From Adineta ricciae (Eukaryota): a DNA stretch of 16,291 nt. Shown one piece after another: positions 9,898 to 16,291 of this stretch. The position numbers and the translations under genes were made by a program. The stretch is from the NCBI GenBank assembly GCA_905250025.1, contig CAJNOJ010000205.1, positions 1-16,291 on the forward strand, read 5' to 3'. The notes under the pieces were generated by a model. It was not told where the DNA came from. It saw only the letters and a program-made list of their open reading frames with translations, and did not search any database. Each line of letters begins with the position of its first letter. Position 1 is the stretch's first letter.

Positions 9898-9938
9898 GGA
9901 TTGGGAAAAAAATTGTACTTCTCAAACATATTCAAACT

Positions 9939-11461
9939 CTAAACTGCTTGAGCATGCGCTTCTTGTTTGGTTTTCTTTTGAAAAGTGCTCAATCCATCGT
10001 ATTCATTGTCACCCCAATAGAAAATAAGACTCTTTTCTGTTGCACCTTGTCCATATGGATAATACTTCTGATAGTCTAATGTATTGCTTAGTCCTCCCTT
10101 TTGGTCCACCAGAAGAATCACATTTTGATCATTTGGTTTGATAGTATTTCGCAGAACTGTATTACCAGATGCATACGAAATCGAAATTTCACCACCACCT
10201 GTACGATTGTTGTCATTTTGTTCAAGACGATTGTCAGTAAATGAACAATTCACCACTCGACCACGTCTAAAAGCGTTCATTTTCGTTATTCATTAACAGA
10301 AAAACTCTTAAGAAATCATTTACTTAGAATCATATCCACCGAAGGCCAATCCATATTTATCATTGTGATGAAGATAATTATTTCGCACAGTCATCTTCGT
10401 ACCTATTTGACCTTTATTCTCTGCACCAATTTCAATTCCCATGTCTGAATGATGTACTTCATTGTTTTCTATGGTGACATTCGATGCTCCATCAACATAG
10501 ATACCAGCTGCACTATGATCGTAAACTGAATGAATGTTCCAAACTGTGTTATTCGCACATCGAGCACTTCGAACCCCCAATTTACCGGCCCAGCTTTCAC
10601 CAGCTAATATTATGTTATATAGTTAACTTTTAATTAGAGAAATCATCAAAAGTCATACCGATGAAATCGATTCCAATGTTATTCATGTTATATACTTTGT
10701 TGTTCGTTACTTGAATCTCCTCAACGTTTCCATTGAAAGTCAAAGCTTCACTCCATGCTGGCTCACAATCATGGAGCGTGCAATTATCAACGATCACTTG
10801 TCGTCGACTCGTTTTCTGGTTTGTGTTATAAACGGTAATCGCCATTGCACCGCCGTTTTCGCCACCACCACGGATATCGTGAATATGGAGATTTCGAAGT
10901 TCTAGAAACATAAACTATATTTTTGGTAACGACAGCTTCAAAAACCTACCAACATTGGTTCCAGCGCCAGTAATTCTCACTCCACTGCATTCTGTCGATT
11001 TCAAACCTGTCAATTCTAAGTTGACAAAGCGGAGATAACTTTTATCTTGAACAAAGATTATATTTAATGTTCCATCAGCGGATGCTTTTTTTGTATCTTT
11101 GCCAGAAATAATCGGTGCATTGTTTGATGTTAAACTAGTGAATGTAATCGGCCCGTCTTGAGCATTGCCTTGGACGTTAATTGTGACAGCTTCGTAATAC
11201 GTTCCGGCACCAATGTAAACGGTAGAACCAGGTGTTGCCGAATTTGCTGCTTTTTGAACTGTTAACCAAGCAGTGGTTTCAGTAGTTCCTGCATTGGTAT
11301 CCTTGCCAGATTTGGTCACATAGTAAGATTTACCCGCTACTATTTAAAATAAACACATAGAACATTTTACGCTCAATCATATGATAGGCGTTCGTGTACA
11401 TACTTATTTGCATCCATAAAAGGGCACTCATCAAACATATAAGTTGAAATTGGAACGACAT
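9939..11461 (-). CDS. Secreted right-handed parallel beta-helix (PbH1-repeat, pectin-lyase-fold) protein, bacterial type, paralog 1. Five exons, complement(join(9939..10266, 10324..10603, 10659..10901, 10950..11339, 11404..11461)), 432 aa.
   Basis: Exon 1 is 58 nt and encodes MSFQFQLICLMSALLWMQI, a signal peptide. It ends in phase 1 at A|GTATGT. Intron 1 is 64 nt and ends tttattttaaatAG. Exon 2 begins …AGKSYYVTKSGKDTNAGTTETTAWLTVQKAANSATPGSTVYIGAGTYYE, the N-terminal cap signature of bacterial beta-helix proteins, and ends AATGTTG|GTAGGT. Intron 2 is 48 nt. Exon 3 encodes ELRNLHIHDIRGGG…NNIGIDFIG and ends ATCG|GTATGA. Intron 3 is 55 nt. Exon 4 carries PbH1 repeats (NVTIENNEVHHSDMGIEIGAEN…TVRNNYLHHNDKYGLAFGGYDSK) and ends TCTAA|GTAAAT. 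Intron 4 is 57 nt. Exon 5 encodes …TGGGEISISYASGNTVLRNTIKPN…SLIFYWGDNEYDGLSTFQKKTKQEAHAQAV*. Exon lengths sum to 1299 nt, which is 433 codons. All four junctions restore the frames of the track ORFs 10915..11319, 10630..10911, 10320..10580 and 9939..10280. Confidence 0.8.
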
Positions 11462-11508
11462 GATGAAAATCGTGAATACGAATGAGGTGGTAGATGTTTA
11501 TGTCGTTT

Positions 11509-11517
11509 CTTTATATA
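11509..11517 (-). promoter_or_regulatory. TATA box (TATATAAAG on the minus strand) about 48 nt upstream of the paralog-1 start codon.
   Basis: On the minus strand the sequence reads TCTTATATAAAGAAACGACATAAACATCTACCACCTCATTCGTATTCACGATTTTCATC-ATG. A near-identical arrangement, GGTATATATAAAGAAG…ATC-ATG, is found upstream of paralog 3. The corresponding position in paralog 2 is degenerate (GGTATGTTCACGC). Confidence 0.5.
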
Positions 11518-11900
11518 AGACATAGGTTACGATTAAAAGCGCAGGCAAATATTTACACCTCTTCTACTGTTTAGTCATAAACGGTTTCTTTTGAAATCGT
11601 GTCATGCATAGCCTCCAGCGCTGTGAATGCATTCTGTTCTGTATCAGAAACAAATCAACAATCTCCCTTGTGAAAAGATGCCATTAGAGGCATTAGTAAC
11701 CAATGTTTTTCTTCGTGACCATGCATTTGCAAACGTAAAATAATCATGACTACGTGTCGTCACCTTTATCGATTGAAACGATAATTACATTTTTCAATTT
11801 TTTCTTTCTCTCGCCTTCTCACAAGCTGACAATGTCGTCACTATCATGTGACTGGCAAACACGACATATCTTTATTCAAAACTTATGTAAACAAATGTTT

Positions 11901-13646
11901 CTACTCCAAGGCACGTTTACCAACACTGATCTGTGCATGCATCTCTTGTTTTGTATTCTCTTGGAATGCAGTGAGACCCTGGTATTCTCTATGTCCCCAA
12001 TAGAAGATTAGACTTTCTTTTGTTGCACCTCGTCCGTTCGGATAGTACTTTTGATAATCGAAGTGATTATTCAAACCACCTCTTTGGCTTGCTACTAGGA
12101 TTACGTTCTGTCTGTTTGGCTTTATTGTATTGCGCTGCACTATATTACCAGAAGCAAATGAAATGGAAATTTCTCCGCCACCAGTCAGATGTGCATCATT
12201 CTGTTCAAGATGATTGCCAGTAAATGAACTATTTGTCACTGTACCACATCTGTAAAATATCAGTATACATTTATTGATACTACCAAAATATGTGCGAATA
12301 TAACTTACTGAGAATCATATCCACCAAAAGCTAAGCCATATTTGTCGTTGTGATGAAGATAATTATTTCGAACAATCACCCTTGTAGCCATTCGACCTTT
12401 ATTCTCTGCACCAATTTCAATTCCCATATCTGCATGATGCACTACGTTGTGTTCTATGGTGACATTCGATGCTCCATCAACATAGATACCAGCTGCACTA
12501 TGATCGTAAACTGAATGAATGTTCCAAACTGTGTTATTCGCACATCGAGCACTTCGAACCCCCAATTTACCGGCCCAGCTTTCACCAGCTAGTAATATGT
12601 TATATAGTTAACTTTTAATTAGAGAAATCATCAAAAGTCATACCGATGAAATCGATTCCAATGTTGTTCATGTTATATACTTTGTTGTTCGTTACTTGAA
12701 TCTCCTCAACGTTTCCATTGAAAGTCAAAGCTTCGCTCCAAGCTGGCTCACAATCATGAAGCGTGCAATTATCAACGATCACTTGTCGTCGACTCGCGTT
12801 CTGGTTTGTGTTATAAACGGTAATCGCCATTGCACCGCCGTTTTCGCCACCACCACGGATATCGTGAACGTGGAGATTTCGAAGTTCTAGGAATATAAAA
12901 GGATAATTTTAATATCGATAAGCGTGAAACCTACCAATATTCGTTCCAGGGCCGATTATTCTCACTCCACTACACTCTACCGCTCTCAAATTTGTTAGTT
13001 CTAAATTGACGAACCGTAAATAGCTTTTGTCTTCAATATAGATGACATTGAATGTTTCATCGGCAGATGGATTTTGTGAAATTCTACCAGAAATAATTGG
13101 CACGTTGTTTGATATCAAACTAGTGAACGTAATTGGTCCATCGTGTGCATTTCCTTCTACGTTAATCGTCACTGTTTCATAATAAATGCCAGGACCAATA
13201 TAGACAGTAGAACCAGGTGTCGCTGAATTCGCTGCTCTTTGTATCGTTAACCAAGCAGTTACTCTACTTGTTCCCGCATTGGTATCTTGACCAGATTTCA
13301 TTACGTAATACGATCTGCGCGCCACTATGTAATAAACGCATACCCTTCTGTCGAGAATTATTGTTGTAGACTCACGGATAAAAAAAATGAATATATCAGA
13401 TCTGATAGAAAACTTTATGTTGAACATCTCAACGGTACACTTTGTCAGATATTCAAAATACATGCACTCATGTTTCAAGATTTATTCACTTACTTCCATC
13501 TTGCGTCCCGGGTGAGATTTTGTTCACTAGAAATTGAACTAGCACAGAGTGCTGCATGCTCAATTAGACAAATATTATGCATACGTACTTATTTGCGTCC
13601 ATAAAAGACCGGTGGCTAAATACATAGAATGCAGTCGATCAAACAT
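11901..13646 (-). CDS. Beta-helix protein paralog 2, the middle copy. Exons 2-5 are intact but the 5' end is divergent. Proposed model: complement(join(11901..12249, 12309..12588, 12644..12886, 12935..13324, 13589..13646)), about 439 aa if the homologous exon 1 is used.
   Basis: Exons 2-5 are the same length as in paralog 1 apart from exon 5 (390, 243 and 280 nt, with exon 5 at 349 nt). Junctions are homologous: AATATTG|GTAGGT, ATCG|GTATGA and TCTCA|GTAAGT. Introns 2, 3 and 4 are 48, 55 and 59 nt. Exon 2 encodes …ARRSYYVMKSGQDTNAGTSRVTAWLTIQRAANSATPGSTVYIGPGIYYE…. Exon 5 ends …KQEMHAQISVGKRALE*. The sequence homologous to exon 1 (13589..13646) encodes MFDRLHSMYLATGLLWTQI, which is no longer hydrophobic. 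It is separated from exon 2 by a 264-nt interval at 13325..13588 rather than a ~60-nt intron. No TATA box lies upstream. Whether this copy is expressed or secreted is uncertain. Confidence 0.6.
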
Positions 13647-13976
13647 GATGAAAATGATCAATGTGAATGAGGTATCAGATGCTCGTATCGTGCGTGAACA
13701 TACCAGAAGAAGTTTGCATTACTGATAAATATTTTCTTTGCATAGTGCGTCACGCATCGCTCTAGTATATGGAAAAATTGGCATTAAAAGTGTTAGTAAC
13801 CAGTGTTTTTCTCTTCATGACTATGCGTTTTGCAAATATAAATAAAACATGCCTATATGTCACCGCCTCCTCAGATCGAAGTGATGATTGCATATTTCAA
13901 TTTTCTCTTTCTCATCTTCCGACAACAGTGTCACTTTCATGTGATTTGCGATCGCAACATATATTTCATTCAAACT

Positions 13977-15530
13977 TTATAGAAAAAAGCGTTTACGTCC
14001 AAAGGCACGTTTGCTAACGCCGAGTTCTGCATGCATTTCTTGTTTGGTATTCTGTTGAAAGGAAGTCAAACCATCATACTCCGTGTTTCCCCAAAAGAAG
14101 ATAAGACTTTCTTTGGTAGCACCTTGACCATTCGGATAGTACTTTTGATAGTCAAATTGATTATTCAAACCACCTTCTTGGCTGGCAAGTAGAATTACAT
14201 TTTGTGAGTTTGGTCTTATCGTGTTACCATAGACTACATTGCCCGAAGCAAATGAGATTGAAATTTCTCCACCACCGGTAAGACGTACATCGTTCTGTTC
14301 AAGACGATTATTTATAAATAAACTATTGGTGACTTGACCACGTCTATAATGTGTTAACGTGCTCGTACTTTCATGTCACGAGATTATGCATAAATATAAC
14401 TTACTGAGAATCATATCCGCCAAAAGCTAAGCCATATTTGTCATTGTGATGAAGATAATTATTCCGAACAGTCATTTTTGAAGCCACTCGACCTTTATTC
14501 TCTGCGCCAACTTCGATCCCCATGTCCGAATGGTGTACTTCGTTAGATTCGATAGTGACATTCGATGCTCCATCAACATAGATACCCGCTGAACTACTAT
14601 CATAGACGGAGTGAATGTTCCACACGAGGTTATAAGCACAGAGACCATTTCGTACTCCAAGAGCACCGAGGAAGCTTTCTCCACCTTTAGAAAAAGAAAA
14701 AAAATATAACATTTCTGATATTTGACTGAGTTCTACATACCAATGAAATCGATTCCAATGTTGTTCATGTTATACACTTTGTTGTTCGTTACTTGAAAAT
14801 CTTCAATATTTCCATTGAAAGTCAAAGCTTCACTCCACGCTGGCTCGCAATCATGGAGTATACAACTATCAACGATCACTTGTCGTCGACTTGCCGTTTG
14901 ATCTTTATTGTAAACCGTGATTGGCATTGCTCCACCGCTCTGTCCACCGCCACGAATATCATGAATGTGCAAACCTCGAAGTTCTTGAAGCAAAAGCTAT
15001 ATTTTTGGTAACGACAGCATCAAAACCTACCAACATTGGTTCCAGCACCAGTAATTCTCACACCACTACATTCTACTGCTTTCAAATCTGTCAATTCTAA
15101 ATTGACAAAGCGCAAATAGCTTTTCTCTTGAATAAAAATTATGTTCATGGTGCCATCAGCAGATTCTGTTTTAGCCTGTTTGCCAGATATCACTGCTGGC
15201 TTATCAAAGATCAAGCTAGCGAATGTAATTAGTCCATCTCGGGCATTTCCTTGTACATTGACTGTTACTGTTTCATAATACGTTCCAGGACCAATGTAAA
15301 CCGTGGATCCGGGTGTTGCTGAATTCGCAGCTTTTTGAACTGTTAACCAAGCAGATGTCTCACTCGTTCCTGCATTGGTATCCTTGCCAGATTTCGTTAC
15401 ATAGTATGTTCTACCAGCTACTATATAATAGCCATACAGAAGACCTTATATTTCATAGTAGAAAATCTTTGCACATACCTGTTTGAGTCCAAAGTAAAAG
15501 AAAAGTGAAACAAGCAAGTCCTGTTTGCAT
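13977..15530 (-). CDS. Secreted beta-helix protein paralog 3. Five exons, complement(join(13977..14343, 14405..14684, 14741..14983, 15031..15420, 15479..15530)), 443 aa.
   Basis: Exon 1 is 52 nt and encodes MQTGLACFTFLLLWTQT, a signal peptide, ending G|GTATGT. Intron 1 is 58 nt and ends tattatatAG. Exon 2 encodes VAGRTYYVTKSGKDTNAGTSETSAWLTVQKAANSATPGSTVYIGPGTYYE… and ends AATGTTG|GTAGGT. Intron 2 is 47 nt and ends gcttcaAG. Exon 3 encodes ELRGLHIHDIRGGGQSGG…NNIGIDFIG and ends ATTG|GTATGT. Intron 3 is 56 nt and ends ttctaaAG. Exon 4 encodes GESFLGALGVRNG…GGYDSQ and ends CA|GTAAGT. Intron 4 is 61 nt and ends cattatAG. Exon 5 encodes …GGGEISISFASGNVVYGNTIRPN…SLIFFWGNTEYDGLTSFQQNTKQEMHAELGVSKRAFGRKRFFL*. 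Exon lengths sum to 1332 nt, which is 444 codons. Confidence 0.8.
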
Positions 15531-15567
15531 GATCGTTGTAAAATCTGTTTGACGAAATGTAATTCTT

Positions 15568-15578
15568 CTTTATATATA
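15568..15578 (-). promoter_or_regulatory. TATA box (TATATATAAAG on the minus strand) about 40 nt upstream of the paralog-3 start codon.
   Basis: On the minus strand the sequence reads GGTATATATAAAGAAGAATTACATTTCGTCAAACAGATTTTACAACGATC-ATG. The spacing and the ATC-ATG start context match paralog 1. Confidence 0.5.
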
Positions 15579-15855
15579 CCATACACGTATTTACCAAGGA
15601 AAGTGCAAGGGTCTATTTATATGTCACTTGTTAGGCGTCACTCTCAAGCAGTTTTCTATTTTCTATAACATGCGCACTTCTCAATATCAATTAGTTTTTC
15701 TTGCGTATGAAGTGAACTGCATATGTAACATGTTTCTGCATGGCTTCCTTCATTAATTGAGTTAGTTTATTTCAAGTGTTCGAAAAGGAAAAGGGTATAC
15801 ATGTAAATAGAGTAGGAGGGCGGAATGATACGACAACATTTGTTTTTGTGTGCTT

Positions 15856-16291
15856 TTATTTAGTGATGCCTGCACCTGTATGAGTCGCTGTTAACGTTGG
15901 TCGAACTCGATGTTGATTTTTGCTACATCCAAACATCATAATACATTCTTGCCGAAATTCTTTAAATGTGAGAAAATAAAGTGGAAATGACAAGATATGA
16001 TAAGTATACAAAACTGGATCTAGAATTTTAACCGATATTGGTGGAGGTATGTCAGAAAATGCAGAGGCAATGGTTGCTGGTACTGTCATGATCAGAAAGA
16101 GACATGTTGTAATAACCAGTGTAATCGAAATCGCTCGGTGATTGATTCGGGAGTTTTGAATCAATTGTGTTTGGTGACGACGATATAAATGATGAATCAC
16201 TCCACTATTAAGTGTCACCATAAGAATAAACGGTGCAAAATTGTACACACCTAAATTGACATAATCCCATAAGGGATAAATAATGTATAGT
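15856..16291 (-). CDS. Rhodopsin-like 7TM receptor, 3' portion (about TM3/4 to the C-terminus). The gene starts beyond the right edge.
   Basis: The minus-strand frame is open from the right edge to a stop at 15856..15858. The track 'M' at 16248 is a GTG codon inside the ORF. The translation reads …LYIIYPLWDYVNLGVYNFAPFILMVTLNSGVIHHLYRRHQTQLIQNSRINHRAISITLVITTCLFLIMTVPATIASAFSDIPPPISVKILDPVLYTYHILSFPLYFLTFKEFRQECIMMFGCSK… It contains a TM7 NPxxY-like motif (DPVLY) and a basic intracellular loop, as in the 1899..2861 receptor. Confidence 0.55.
   Translation of the reverse strand, partial: LYIIYPLWDYVNLGVYNFAPFILMVTLNSGVIHHLYRRHQTQLIQNSRINHRAISITLVITTCLFLIMTVPATIASAFSDIPPPISVKILDPVLYTYHILSFPLYFLTFKEFRQECIMMFGCSKNQHRVRPTLTATHTGAGITK

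Larger units (their letters stand above)
9939..15580 (-). repeat. Head-to-tail tandem triplication of the beta-helix gene with its promoter. The unit is about 2.0 kb.
   Basis: Three collinear gene copies with identical exon order. Stop codons lie at 9939, 11901 and 13977, giving a period of about 1.96-2.08 kb. Intron positions and phases (1, 1, 1, 2) are conserved. Promoter-proximal sequence (…ACCTCATTC…TTTTCATC-ATG) is conserved between copies 1 and 2, and the TATA box between copies 1 and 3. Confidence 0.85.

Noticed and set aside
13325-13588. The 264-nt interval in paralog 2, considered as a transposon or foreign insertion
   Set aside because: It has no terminal inverted or direct repeats and no ORF that I can recognise. 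It contains chance ORF sequence read through by the track ORF 12909..13478. I treat it as an expanded or degenerate intron or intergenic sequence, not a mobile element.
10711-15011. Plus-strand ORFs 10711..10905, 12696..12890 and 14793..15011 with similar translations (MNLLNVSIESQSF…)
   Set aside because: They are antisense to the conserved exon 3 of the three beta-helix paralogs. Their similarity to each other simply mirrors conservation of the sense strand, so they are not independent genes. The same applies to 9818..10027, 12020..12223 and 14472..14684.
1-16291. Prokaryotic interpretation of the window (operons, RBS, CRISPR, tRNA)
   Set aside because: Coding segments are repeatedly joined by GT..AG introns of 47-64 nt with polypyrimidine acceptors. 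TATA boxes precede start codons and 7TM receptor genes are present. I see no Shine-Dalgarno pattern, no CRISPR-like spacer-repeat periodicity and no tRNA- or rRNA-like structure. The bacterial-looking proteins are therefore eukaryotic genes of foreign origin, not bacterial DNA.

Overview
The window is AT-rich, gene-dense DNA with the look of a compact metazoan genome. Every intron I can define is 47–64 nt and GT..AG. The exception is one 264-nt intron in a decaying paralog. TATA boxes lie about 40–55 nt upstream of ATGs, and three rhodopsin-like 7TM receptor genes are present. A bdelloid-rotifer-like host would fit, but that is inference only.

The window is flanked by GPCR-like genes. One, on the minus strand at 1..292, is partial. 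One is complete at 1899..2861 on the plus strand. A third, on the minus strand, runs off the right edge from 15856.

Between the flanking receptors is a block of genes whose products look foreign to animals:
1. An intronless, fungal-type cytochrome P450 at 3191..4726.
2. A two-exon gene at 4926..5590 encoding a membrane-anchored bulb-type (GNA-like) mannose-binding lectin.
3. A decayed multi-frame gene remnant on the minus strand, about 6752..7969.
4. A bacterial-type TIM-barrel glycoside-hydrolase-like gene at 8082..9897 with a single 49-nt intron.
5. A head-to-tail tandem array of three paralogous five-exon genes on the minus strand, about 9939..15530.

The array is the most striking element. 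Each paralog encodes a secreted right-handed parallel beta-helix protein of bacterial type (PbH1 repeats, pectin-lyase fold). Intron positions and phases are conserved across the three copies. Sequence identity between copies is mosaic, which suggests gene conversion. The middle copy is losing its promoter and signal peptide.

All family assignments rest on motifs read by eye, because no searches could be run. Coordinates of splice sites were derived by hand from the sequence and anchored to the ORF track, and should be confirmed with RNA-seq. The ORF track uses alternative start codons (GTG/TTG shown as M), so several track 'starts' lie inside exons or introns.
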